A DNA stretch of 64,000 nt from Raillietiella orientalis (taxonomy: Eukaryota), in NCBI GenBank assembly GCA_036172245.1, contig JAYWIR010000008.1:186001-250000 (forward strand). The letters run 5' to 3'. The notes beneath the pieces were generated by a model, which saw only the letters and a program-made list of their open reading frames with translations, did not search any database and was not told the origin of the DNA. Shown here in pieces: positions 1 through 12,647 of this stretch; the stretch's first letter is position 1, and the number at the start of each line of letters is the position of its first letter. The position numbers were made by a program, and so were the translations under genes.

Positions 1-1267
1 AAAACGACGGGGAGCGACGGCGAGAGGAGGTGGTGAGTTTGCCCCATCCTCTCTCTGCGCGCTGCCCACATCACGAGCTAACGTGGCGGCGGGAGAAGAA
101 CTGAGAGAGGAAGAAGAAGAAGAAGAAGAAGAAGGGGGAGAGGGGGGGGGGCTAGAAAAACACGCATGCCAAAACGCAAGTAACGTTCGTCTGCCAACAT
201 GAGCGCAGCTGGAATTCGAGCCGCAAAAAGAGCGCGCCCAGCAAGAAGAACAAGCGGAGGGTTTTTTCGGCAGCGCTTCCCATCCTTCCGCCTCCCGGTC
301 GGGCCTATTCTCTGCTCCAGGAATCCGCCGCGAAGTACACATCGTTTGGGACGGAAAACGCCTTCGGCGGTCAACTTTTCTCGGCAGTTTCGAAACGGCT
401 CGTTGACTTTTCGAAGCGCCCCTTTGCCATGCACTGCCCCCCCCCCTCTCCCCGCGCGCGCGTCTTTGCACGCGAAACCTTCAACTTCTGCGTGCACGAA
501 ATGGGGGGGGGGGAGGAGGGAACACTTTGAACTTACACCCCGGTCGGGACTTTGGCAGAAAGGCTTTTCCAGGGAAGCGAATCCTCCCCCCCCCCCTCTT
601 CCTCTCTCCCCCACTGAATCCGTTTCCACACACACACACACGTTTGGGTGCACCGAAACCCGAGCACGGTCCATCGATCTGGACGCGACAAATTGAGTCC
701 GCTAGCGACTGCACGAAAAGTCAAAAAAGGAAGAAGGAAGGCAGGAAGGAAGGAAAAATTCGAAAATCCGACGCACGTGTCGAGGCAAGAGCCGCTGGAA
801 TTGACCCAGTTCATCTGTTCTCGGCAGCAGCTTCCACGAGGCGCATGCGCACCAACCTCACCTTCTCTTTCCTGCTCCTCCCAGTCAGACATGTCATCAT
901 AGAAACACTGCGAGAAACCCGTACACCGTTTGCTGCTGGTTTTGTTTTTTTTCGAAGTAAACATGAAGTCAAGCTCGGATGTTTTCCAGCATCGAAAGCA
1001 CAGCCTCACAAACACTGAAGGATCACTCCATGGGCGCGACGCGCTCCCCTCCTCCTCGCCTTGGCTCCGCGATCCGCACTCCGCGCAGATTGCGAAACCG
1101 AGCAACTGCAGTCCTCCGCACTCGAAAATATCTGCTGTGACGTCACGGCTCGTTCGCAGAGGAAAAAGAAAAGACCCATCGTTGCGGGCCGCAGAGGTTC
1201 CCTCGGATGGGGGCTTCCTGCCATTTCGTTCAGTAGGGAGCTCGAAAGACGTCGAGGCCACGAGCCG

Positions 1268-1270
<3 letters not shown>

Positions 1271-1303
<33 letters not shown>
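1271..1303. repeat. (TC)n microsatellite
   Basis: Directly visible; similar tracts at 2068-2087 and 8216-8243. Confidence 0.95.
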
Positions 1304-1306
<3 letters not shown>

Positions 1307-2919
1307 CTTCTTCCTCCTCCCTGCTGGCTCGCTTATATGAACGCACGGATTCGGTGCGACTTTTCGCCCTCCGAAATCGCGGCCTTTGCCATCAGCTCAT
1401 CCCGAACCCAAGAGTCGCTTCAAAACTCCCACTATCATTCATCCTTTCCCCGCCCTGTTAGCCTGAATCGAGTCCTCGCAGTTCGTTCGCTGCCGCCACG
1501 GATGCTTCGTCTATCGAATCGCACAGATGTAAGCTCTTGCACGCATTTGTTCGACGGAACGAGTCCTTGGAGCCGTTGCTGTTGTTTGTTCATCTTCCCT
1601 TCCACCACTTGATGGACCTTTTATCCATTCCATTAAATCCCTCCTTGACGGTTCCGGAAAGAGGTCCAACAGGCCGCAGAGTTGTCGCCGCAGATGGTCG
1701 TGCGCGAACACACCTTCATTTTCGGCACACCGCAGTTGCCCGGCTGGGAGTGGCTGGGAGTGGTTGGTCGCAGGGTATCCCGCGTGTTGCATCGTGGCTT
1801 TCCGCTAAGAACATCCGCTTCCTCCGATCAGCCGTGAACCCAAAACTGACCTCCGATCCCAGCAAGGGCGAACCCTCCAGCTGAACGTTGAAAAGCGTTG
1901 TGGCCAAGGCGTGACCACAGGCAAGCAGAGGACGCTCTCCTTGTTGCACCTGCTGGATATCAGAATCGAAGCACCTTCACTTCCGACTCCAAACAAAGCA
2001 GAGGGAGCCGGCAGGTCTTTTCCGGGTCAAGAAACAACTGGTTCCGCCGAAAAAGTCGGTGGAGGGGAGGAGAGAGAGAGAGAGAGAGGGGGCCGATTTA
2101 AAGTGAAACTCGCTGCTGCCTCCTTCCCCCCGGCATCGTTTCCGAAGCTCCGTCCATTTCATTCAATTACCGAAATCCGAAACCTCGACAAACATCGTTC
2201 CGGCAACACCGGCAATCAGCTAACTCGAGATTTGTGGTCAACCTGGATCTTTGAATTGCGGCTGGGAGACCCTGTTCTGCTACTCCGCCTCATCTTCGCG
2301 CCCGCAAATTTATGGCACCTCCGAATCGTATGCAAAGTGTGCGATACGACTTCCTCTTTTGGTGCCCATTCCGTGTGGATGGTTGGCCGGTTCCCCTCTC
2401 GTGGCCCTGTTCCTCTACACGCCTAATGCTACTCCTGTATGCAGGCGACGCGGAACTGCTTCGGCTAAGGTGCTCAAACTGATGAAACGCACCAGCACTT
2501 AGTGGTCCGATGCTTTCACACACCCGTTTCCAAAGTACAGATGCTATTACGGATGTGTGTACGTGTTGGTTTCGTATACTTTAGCGCGCGTTGCTATCCG
2601 CTGGCGTTGCGAGTCCCAGGAACTCGGCCTGTTGCATTCTATCAATGGAATGCTGACTCCAATTCGTTCCGATGCGCTCGGGGCTTGAAATGCATCTCCC
2701 GAGATTAAATCCGCATCAGAACGTAAGAACATCCAGGAGGAGGGCCGAGGACCAAGTCGAGAAAGAACCATTCAGATACTGTTCCAGGAATCTCAACGAA
2801 TCATGTAGGACCCTTTCTCTTTTTCTCTCTCTCTCTCGAGATATACACATAAATATAGATAGATACGGATACAGATAGATATAGATATTTCTATAAGAGA
2901 TCTCGAGTATATTAAAAGA

Positions 2920-3340
2920 TCAGTGTTCAAACACGCCAAAGGCTCCCTACGGAGGTCTTGGAATGGGGACAGCAAATACAACTTCCTCCAAACAGCAGAC
3001 AGCCAGTTGCACCGAATCTCCAATTTCAACCTTTTGTGGGACCGGGAGTTCAGCCAAGCGGGGGAGCCGCAGCAGGTCAACCAATCGGGTAACATTTCCC
3101 ACCACCTACGCCACAGTGAGAACACGAAAGAACGTTTGTCTTCCTTTAGGGGACGGCAGCAGCGGCAGCTTCCTCGCTCATGTCCTGGAATTCTCCCTTG
3201 CATTTCAGCTGGAAAACAAGAGGCAGGGGCTCTCCTTGCAGGCGCTCGCGGACGTTCTGCCGAAAAAAGGCACGATGCTTTTAAAAGCAGCTTTAGATCC
3301 CGTTTAGCTGACGGCTCGTGAAACACCTGTCCCCTGGGCA
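2920..3340 (-). mobile_element. Old LINE zf-RVT tail fragment
   Basis: LWRRWWEMLP...HKRLKLEIRCNWLSAVWRKL resembles a degenerate zf-RVT region. Confidence 0.4.
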
Positions 3341-6300
3341 AGAGGTTGCAGGTTTCTCTCGCCGTGCATAGGAAAGCAAAAACAAAAGGAAATCGGCGCA
3401 GATTAACGCTTGATCCCTTTCATCTGAATCCTCTATGTCAGCCCATCACTGACGCAGACTGCGATCGTTGAAAAGCGGACCGAAGGCGAGTAGTAAACCT
3501 CTCTGAGAACGTGGCTGAACGTTCCCATTTCGTCAGTTTTGGAAAGAAGAAATTTCTTTCTGGCTCGCTTCGCGTTCATCACTGCCTCGATAATTTGTAT
3601 GACGTTTGCTAATGATGCATGATGTAATGTAGTCTGTTTCATTACTATCATAGGCAGCACCGGCATGCAATTAAGAAAGAATGGTGGCAATTCCCCCAGC
3701 CTCGAAAGGTGGTTGCCATGGCGCTTTCGGCTCTTTTGCTCGATTCCGCCGTTTGAAAAGTCCTTTCCCAAAAGCTGACTCCGCCGATGACGCCTGTTTC
3801 CCGAATTCAGGATCAGTAAATGATCCCACACGCACTCATTCATGATTCCACAAGTTCCACACCCTCATTTTCCTGCTAACTTCACTCGGGGAATCCATTG
3901 CATTTTATGCGGATAATTTTGAAACAAAACGTGCAGTCCACCGAGAGCAACGCGATGCAATCTTCAGCTATACCTAAGGTTCAGCTGAAAGAGTCGTTTG
4001 ACTGCCCCCACGTCCATGGAAACACCACGAACTCTACTTCTTGCTGCAGCTTTTGGTTGATCTTCGGTTTCGGACGTTGGATTCCAATCGTCATGATTCA
4101 GAGTATGCCTCGTCATCTTATCAAGTCTGGGAATCCCCGGTTTGTATCACGGGGTGTCCTCGGAAATATTCAGCTCTTTTGTCGAAAAAGTCCCGTCCTC
4201 AAAACCAAATATGTAAACTGGAAAAGATGGGAAGGCAAATAGGAAGAAGCATCAGATAGATGCAATACGTGTTTTCAAACGGAGCAGATAACTCTTGATA
4301 AAACTGTCTTGAGTTTGCCAGCTTTCGAAAGTGCGAGTGCGCCGGCATGCGGGAGAGGGACCACGGCGTGCTCCGGGGGCACCCGACCCGAAGAAACGGA
4401 AGAAAGCAACCGAGTGCTGTTGGGTTTTGCAAATAATAGGGGAAGCACTTCATTAGTCAGAAGCGAAATGTGATGCATCAAGAAAAACACCAAAAAAAAA
4501 AGGGGGGGGGGGGGACACGCGCACGCACACCAGCATAGGTTTCAAGCAAAAAGAATAAATCAAGATGGCGCAAGAGCGTGGTGTTACTAACGTCACTCTC
4601 CAAAGAAAGAAAGAATACGTCACAGTAATTGGGGCGCACTCGGGCGCGATTGTTGTCGTATCCAATTAGATGACGTAATGCATTTGAGGACGTCACGCGC
4701 TGCCTCGATGCTCTTTTTTTTTTTCGTTGTTTGCCGTTGTGAATGGAGGAAACCCTTGGAGCAAACGAAAGCATTTTAAGATGAGGATGCAAAGGCAGTA
4801 CTGGGATGCCCAGCACTGCCCTCGCATCCGAGGTTGTTTGCGGTCTCCGTGAAACGGACGAGATGGCTGTTAAACGGAGGTCGGGTCTGACCGCCTGCTC
4901 CCTCGATTTCCGCCGCTCTTCCAAGGCCGTTCGGAATTTCCCCGCGGCAACTCATCCAGCGGAAGCCAGGCCGGAATGCTGGGAGGAGCTCTCTGGAACC
5001 GAGGAGCCCGCGTGAACTCGCGTTCGATTTCGCAGCATCCGGTCATCCTGGGAGCAGATGCGAGTCCTTTTCGTTCCCCCTTCTCTCACCGTGACGTCAG
5101 AAGGAAGGGGGGGAGGGGGAAGGAGACCGCGAGCCAAACGGCGAAGCTCCCGAGCTCCGAGGGAAGAGCGAAACGCGGGCCGAGGAAACGCGTGAGGTCG
5201 CGCGCCCCCGGCTGTCCGACCCGGTGCATCTGAAGAACTAGATCGCGAGGGTTGCGGACCCGATGCGGACTCGGGATCGTCGCTGGCGCTCTTGAGCGGC
5301 AGGCTGCCTGCCGCACCAAGGTTCCCCGTCCTCGGCGGCCGCCTCCTTTCTGGCACGCGGATCCCCGAAGTGCCCACGCGCCGGGGAGACCGCCGCGATT
5401 CGCCCCCTCCTTCCCGGGAGAGAAAGGGGGTCGCACACTCGAAGGGTCGGCCCACCCGAAGGAGTCGCTTCGCCCGGGGCTGAGCAACGGAGTGGTCGTC
5501 CACGTGTCTTCCAGCCGCCCGGGAGCTCAACAGCTCCCGCAGTGGCGCAGCGGGAGAAACCGTCGTTTGGCTCCGCGTCTGAGAACATTCCTGCGGAGGC
5601 CCGCGTGCCGCGCGCTCCCTGTTCCCGCGAGGACTGCCTCTGGAGACGGACTTGGGAGAGGTGGCGGTGACGGGGCGCGCGGAAGCTTCGAGATCTTTCC
5701 GGAGAACTGCTGCGCTGAAATGAGGCGCCAGCAGCCGTCTGCCGCGCGGAACGGCTCGAGGGCAAAGCACCATCGCGAGCCCGCGCGACAAGTGATCTCG
5801 CTCCAGAGATGTGCCGGTCACAAGGCAAAATCTGCATTGCCGGCTAAAGTTTTGCGGTGGTCGGAAAAAAGGAAGAAAAAATAAAAACACTAGGAGGAAA
5901 GGGTGTCATCTTTATTTTACTTCCCTCTCTTCCTTGCTTTCCCTTCGAGAGCCGGTAATCACCGGCGCTCCCTGGGAGATCCCCCGACCCTCGGGGCTCT
6001 GCAGCCGGGGTTTCGAGGACCTTGCGAGGGCGAGTGGACTCTCGCGCCGCTGACCTCTGGTCACCGCTCCCCTGCGCACTCGGGGAAGAAGGGACAGCGA
6101 AGGGAGGCTACGGTGGACCCGCTGGACTCCCGTCCGGTGCTCCTGCAGCTCGACCCGGAAGCCGCGGCGCGGGGTCGACCGGAGGCTTCCCACGGAGAAT
6201 CCGTTGCCGAGCACTGGGAGACTCCGCAGGGGAGGAGGCTGCTCTCCCGCCCCGCCCGCGTCTTCAGGAAGAGGAGGAGGGAGGGGGGAAGATACCGCCG

Positions 6301-8216
6301 GGCCGTCCTGCGACGCTGCCATAGAGGCGTCGCGTGGATTCTTCGCGCGCGGCGGACTTCCGGCAGGCGCCGCCTGCATGGCAATGGAGTGGGAGGTGGA
6401 GGTGGCTTCCCCTGAAGGAAGAGAGATCGATCCGGGGGATGGCCGCCAATACTGGGCGCCGGTGCTGAGCAGAAAGGAGCGGTAGGAGCCAAAGACCCTC
6501 TCTCCATTTCTTGTCCCCTTTCCTCCAGATCCGGGTCTTGAGGGGGGCCGACCCGCGCGTCGGCGGACCCTCCCCACGAACTCCCTGTTTTGGTTGTCTG
6601 GCAACTCTGTCCCCACTGACTTTTTTTTTGTTTTTCTTGGAAACGAACGATCCGGCCGTCTCCCAGACGAAACGTACCCAGAGCTTTCGGTCTGGCCCAA
6701 ATTCCACGGACCCCTCCCCCACTGCCGATAGGGGGTGGGGACGAAGACTCTGCTCCGCTCAACGAGGCAGGCGAGCAGAAATGGAGAGGGTGGAGTCCTA
6801 GGGAAGAGCTCCAGGGGCCCACAGGCAAAACCCTCGACGGCCCTCCGTGGAGGTGGCCAATCAGGAGTTCCTTCCCGAAGTGGGGTATGGGGGTAGAGGG
6901 GGTACGGAATGTTTGATAAGGGGTGGATCGGAAGGTCACGTGCGAGGTTCCCCCGCTGACCGCTTCCAGCGTGCTGCTCGGCGAAACGGAACCGCCGCTC
7001 CATTACGCGCCGCGCTGCTCAGAGGCTGCTCCGGCTGCGCATATGCGTGCCGGGGATGCCGCAGGGTTGCTCGCAAGCGCTACATGCTCGAAGACCGCTT
7101 CAGGTCGCAACCTCCTTTTCCCTTGGCCCTTCCGACCGTCCCCATGCAGAAGTACCTATCCCACCTCGCTTATCATGCTCTTCCAGTGTGTCTCCCGGGA
7201 GCACCGGGCGCTACCGCTCTTCGCCTCCGCCTTTCCCGGGAGCTCCTGCCTGGGAATTTTCATCCCCTCGGGCACCCTGTCGCTTTCCCGGGTCTCCATC
7301 CCACCGCGAGGAGGAAATGGGGGAGGAGGAACCACCGACCCAAGGCAAACCTCCTCCGGAGACGAGGTGCAGAGGTCCAACATCCCGGAGCTTGTTCGTT
7401 CTTCCTCCCCTTCCCGGCTTCTGTTCCCCCTCCGTCGAGGCCGCAGGCGGGAGGTAAGAGGTGACCTGCCGAAGTCTCCAAGCCCGTTGGCCGCTCCAGA
7501 AGTTCGAGTCCAGGGCCGGCAGACTGCCATCTTGCTGCCCCTCCCCCCCTGCTCCCTCTCCCCGAAACGAGGGACGCGACCACGCCCCGGCGGGGGAAGA
7601 GAGCGCCCGAGAGACGCTCCATCGCGGGACCGCAGGGACTTCACCTCAAGATGACCTTTTCAGAGAGATGAGCACGTCTCGGGGCTTGACCAGGAGCTCC
7701 TCTTTGCCCGTGGCGCTTCGGCCCGACCACCTCCGAGAGACGGCGGCTGCTCCAAAATGGCGGGGGAGAGCGCGACAGACAACTCCAGAGGGGAGCTACC
7801 AGCAATCGCCGCCTCCTTCGCGCGGAGGGCTGCGGAGTGACCCGGTCGGCAAGTGGGTCCTGGGGAGCGCTTGCGACCAGGCCGATCCCGGACCAGAGAT
7901 CCGCGCCTCTCCCCCCTACCCGCGGGTCCTCGGGAGCCAAGCGGAAGGCCGCAAGGCCCGTCCGCCCTCATCCATTTGTTTGTTTGTCCGGGAGGAAGTA
8001 GCGGATGGCAATGCCTGCCGCCGTCGCTCGGAGCTTGCCTCCGGGGCGTCGGATATCCCCCTAAGCACATGCGCCGCCTCTGAGCCTAGCGGCACGTAAT
8101 GGAGCAGTGATTTTGTTCCATCGAGCCGCACGCTGGAAGCGGTCAGCGGGGGGATCCCGCACGTGACCTCCGTTGCTCAGAAAGTGGCCGGAAGTGAGTT
8201 GCTGACCAACGGAAGT

Positions 8217-8247
<31 letters not shown>

Positions 8248-8499
8248 TCCCGTCATTCGATTGCAACGGATGCTGGAGGGAGGAAGGAGGACTGCTCTCG
8301 ACGTTCATCGCCTTGTCCTCTCGCTCAACTCAAAGTTGCTGCTGGTTCTCTTGACCCAGAAGAGGGAAGGGATGGTCGCGACAGGATCCTCTTCTTGGCG
8401 CTCACTTCCCGCTTGTGCGCGTGGCCAATTGGCGTTGACTGGACGACCCGTCGTTTCCCGAGCTGTCGGAGGGCTCTTGAACCGAGGCCGGGTGCTTTC

Positions 8500-9420
8500 T
8501 CCGCCGCTGAATAGTAGAGGGATGCTCTCTCCCGCCAGTGGTCTCCTCCGCCTGCTGCGCTTCTTGCGGAACTGCTGTTTCGTGGTCCTCGCATCACGCG
8601 GGTCGGGCGGCGCCTCGAGCCAAGGCGCGCCCGACCCTTTCTGGAGCACCGGGTCGCATGGTGCGCTTCCCGGGGTCGGTGTGTTTGCGAGGCGGCGGTG
8701 GCTCTCGCTTCATCTCCTGCGCCGCGCGTCCTTGGAGAGGCTGACCAGGCAGTCGTACTTCTCGGCAGTGCGCGTGCGTCAAAGACCCCCCCCCCTCTCC
8801 CCGTGAGGACCGTCCTCTCCTCTTCCCGTTCTCTTCCGGGTGCGCTTCTTGCGTGCCCCGCTCGCGTGCGCTCAGCCGGCCGCCGCAGGGTGTGCCGGGA
8901 ACGCCATCCGCTTGGAGGTCCGGCAAGTCCGCCCTTGGCAGATGCGGCGGCCACCAGCGTCGCGATGCACGTCGCTGCGCTCCAGGTGGCGGCGACGCTC
9001 CGGGAAACCGAAGCCAGCCGGAAGTTGGCCGGACCGGTGCATCATCTTCCACGCGTATCTTGAATCGGACGCGAGCTGGAAACCGAGGCCGGGGAACGCC
9101 TCCCGGCAACGCCGAATCGCCCTCCGGTGGGATCCCCTGCAAGAAAAGAACCGGATAGGAAAATTTCCCGACTCTCTCCAGGAGGAAGGTTTGCAGTTGT
9201 CCGCAAGTGGGTGGGTGGGGGGTCGCCTTTCGAAGACGGGGAGCAGAAGTCGCTCGCATCCTTCTGAAGGAAGGAAGGGCGAAATCGACTGATTTCCAAA
9301 GCAGATCGCGCCCTCCTCCGACAGCTTCCCAGTCGCGGACAGATACGGCCTCCGCCAGTTGCACGAAGAAGCCCGGTCGAACGCTTCCGTCTGCCTGACG
9401 TAGCATCCTTCCCTTGGAAC
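8500..9420 (-). mobile_element. Decayed LINE ORF1 (gag-like)
   Basis: VLFLQGIPPE followed, after a frameshift, by the zinc-knuckle-like TCRTSKRMAFPAH. Confidence 0.4.
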
Positions 9421-9593
9421 GAAGATGGTCAGCCCTCGCACTTTTGTCTTTTTTTCTTTTCTTCCATTTTCAAATGTGAGGAGGAACGAAAGTGGTAATC
9501 AGAGAGCGCTTCATTGCGGTGGGTCATCCCGCGTGACGCGAATTCCCAGAACGCCACGTCAAGATGGCGACAGCATTCGTATATAGCGCAACG

Positions 9594-10356
9594 TAGGGGT
9601 CGCAAACTCAAAAGCAGTAAAGGGCCATTCCATCAGATGTACATAAGAAGCGGGCCGTATTCAGTATTATTCTGTGGACCCAAACGTAAACTGAAAAAAG
9701 AAACGCTCCTCTAACAAAGACCGTTTTATTGCCACACTTTACGACTTACGTAAACAGCTACAGCGACAACTGAATTTTAAATTTTAAAAATAGGACAAGT
9801 TTAAAAGATAATGTAAGTTCAATTACATTTTATTCCTGCTTTAAGAAAATCATTAAAGTAGATAATTTTGGCTGGCTGAAATAAATATTTTAATCTACGA
9901 ATCCTTTTTTAAATTTGATCCCGAAACCTGACACCTTTTCCTCTGTACTAACATGTCAGTATCTGCTTTTTCATTTCGTGCTGCAATATGGGCACCGTTA
10001 TGGGCGAAAAATATATAAAATATATTGAGGTAACTTATTATTAACACATTATCGCGTTACAACGCTTATCACGTGATTTGAACTGTTGGAGCGACATTGA
10101 ACTTCCATTTAGTGCTGGCAAAACATTTTATGATAGAAAGAAAAATGGTACAAAGAAGAAGTATGATGGTAGGTTTTGTCTTTGTTTAAAGCTGGCACAA
10201 AAATAAAAGAATAATTTTTGGGGTGTTTCATCCACAGCAAGATTCTAGAAACATCGATTTTTGGAAGGAAACAAAAAGTCATCAGGGTCTTGTGGGCCGG
10301 ATACGATGCCTTCGCGGGCCGTAACCGGCCCGTGGGCCTCCAGCTTGCGGTCTCTG
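9594..10356. mobile_element. hAT (Charlie-like) non-autonomous element/MITE
   Basis: Imperfect 15-bp TIRs TAGGGGTCGCAAACT / AGCTTGCGGTCTCTG, subterminal GCGGGCCG motifs, AT-rich interior, and an 8-bp TSD GCGCAACG (9586-9593) / GCGCAGCG (10357-10364). Confidence 0.8.
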
Positions 10357-11639
10357 GCGCAGCGGATCGGGCCCGTACGGCCCTGCGGATTCATGCCGAT
10401 TTCGATTGATTTCAAATTTTAAGGTGCGGGGTGAACGCGGCTGCTGCTGGCACGAAGATATGAGGGGGTCGAATTCTGCTGCATTCAGACCTCCGTGGAC
10501 GAAGCAGCGCAAGAAGGTGCATTCCCGTGCAGCGAGGACGAGATGGCGTCGAAGGGGTGGAACCGTTTCAACTGATCAACCAAACTTGAAAAAAATAAAT
10601 AAATGAGTTTTTTTTTGTTTGTGTTCTTACTTTAAGTTAAATCACAAACAAACACTTCTTTGTGCTTTTGTTTTAAAGCAAAACAGTAAATATTCTACCG
10701 TCACAACACCTACATTTCATACCTTTTATAAACACTGTCCAATGTATAAGCCCATCCACGTACACAGTACAATAGGGTTCTCATAACGCGGAACTCATTT
10801 CCTGCGTGATACGAGAACCTGCCGTGAATTAAAACAGAAATTGATATGATGAATACCGTTTTAATAATATGGTATGCGTATAGTCATTCTCTCACAGAGA
10901 AACGGACTGGTGGCATGCAGGGTCCAACATGAATACCACCTATTTGAAATTCTGTCTACAGTGAGGAAGGGAGGCAGATGGCTCAAGAGGGGTTTAAAAA
11001 GTAGCTGAGAGAACGGTGGTTCGATTGAATGGACCACCGTGTTTCGGTGATCGATCCTAATGTGGTTGTCCTCATGCAGACATGGCGAACCGAAACGACC
11101 CCGCTACGGATCAACATCCGGCGACCAAGGCATTGAGAATATCGGCAGAGGCAGAAGGTTGGTGTGCCTAATCCGTTTCCCTGTCTTCGCAGTCCTTGAA
11201 ATTCGAAAGAAAAACCCTAGACGACCTCGTCGAAGGGAGAAGTTGACCTCCTTCAACCTTACAAACTGCTTTATTTGTCGACCTTTCCCGTTAGCGGATG
11301 GAAGAGGGAGCAGGCGACCTAGGAATGTGGCAGCCTTCTGGAGGCCTTCCTCCTCGCCCGGAACTCTGCACTGCGAGTTCCCCCTTTTCGGATTCGGATC
11401 GGTCGCCCCTGATTCTTCTTGGTGCATCCACAGGCAGGTTCCAGATCTCTCCGGGCATCCCACGTGTGTGACCGTCGGCACGAACGCGTCTTCGCGTTCT
11501 GCAGTGCGTGCGCTCGGAGTCTTCGCGAAGTCCTAGAGGAGAAAGCTTCCGTCCGCGCAGATGGCGTCTCCTGATGCTACCACGAATCATGATGGCTCCT
11601 TTTTCTTCTTCTTTTTTCTTTTTTTTCCTGGCTCGTTAG

Positions 11640-12055
11640 AGATTGCGCGCGCGCTCCAGAGCTTTATCGGTGCGCGACGTCAGCCAGGGCGCATTGGTTG
11701 TTTAACTGAAGGGGTTGCATCCGCAACCGCAGGGATTAGGGAACCCACCTCGGTGCTCGGTCTCAGCAGCTCGCGTACAGCTGCCGGAGGACACCACGGT
11801 CTAGCAGGCGCGCGAAGAAGACTTCTCCTGCGCGGATCACCGGAAATCCTTCCGACGTTCACTTTCGTCCAGTTTCCGATCCCCGAGGGCATTCTGCAGC
11901 TTATCTGCAGAAGAACGAGCATGCAAGATGGAGACGGGAGGAGCCGCTTTCAGGATTTCCTGCCTGCCGGAAGGGAGAAGGCCATTCACCTATTCTGCAT
12001 GCACGCTTGCTGGAGTGGCCCCATCGCAGTTTTCAAGCAGCGTTTTTTCGTTTGG
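11640..12055 (-). mobile_element. Fragment of the same LINE tail
   Basis: MAFSLPAG...ADATPSV corresponds to WISCLPAN...DAATPSV of the 12648-14388 copy. Confidence 0.5.
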
Positions 12056-12059
12056 CAGC

Positions 12060-12647
12060 CCTTTTTTATTTTTAGCCTTTTTTGGGTTGGCCAAGTGCTG
12101 AAGAACCGCTCGCCACCTCGGAAGGGGGGGAGGGGCTCATGGAGGTCTTCAGTGCTGTCCACGCCACCCCCGAGGGTGCTCATCACTCTTCAAGCTATAG
12201 GGGTAGACCCTGGGAGGGGACCACCCTATGAATCCAGGGAAGCTCCGGAGGAAGGAGTCCGTTCCTCTCTTACTCTTGGAAGGGAAGGAATTGCGAAGGG
12301 AAAGCCCCTCTCCCTTATTCTTTCTGGAGGGACCTCTAGAGAGGGTCACTTTTCGTTTTCTCTCCGGAGGGAACTCGGAAAGGATCCGCTCCTTTGCTTT
12401 CTTCCTCCTCTGAAGGCGACCCCGAAGGGAGCTCCCCAATTTCCCTGAAAGGTGCTCCCCGAAGGGAGCGGCGCTCTTCTTAACACTCTGGAGAGGCGAC
12501 CCCGAAGGGAACCGGTGCTCCTTGATTCCCGGGAGGTTGAACCAGAAGCTCAACTTCCAATCCCGGTCGGTCAACGGGGGCGTCCGGGAAGCCTACAGGC
12601 CAACGACCAGCACCATCCTGCGGGAGGAAATCGAAAACTTGCGACAT
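12060..12647 (-). mobile_element. SINE body (rod-structured family)
   Basis: Homologous to 55400-56050. Includes the perfect GCTCCC-TTCG-GGGAGC hairpin (+ strand 12454-12469) and an A-rich end. Confidence 0.85.

Noticed and set aside
1..38. Possible exon end with GTGAGT donor at 33-38
   Set aside because: Only 32 nt are visible and no supportable downstream exon was found.
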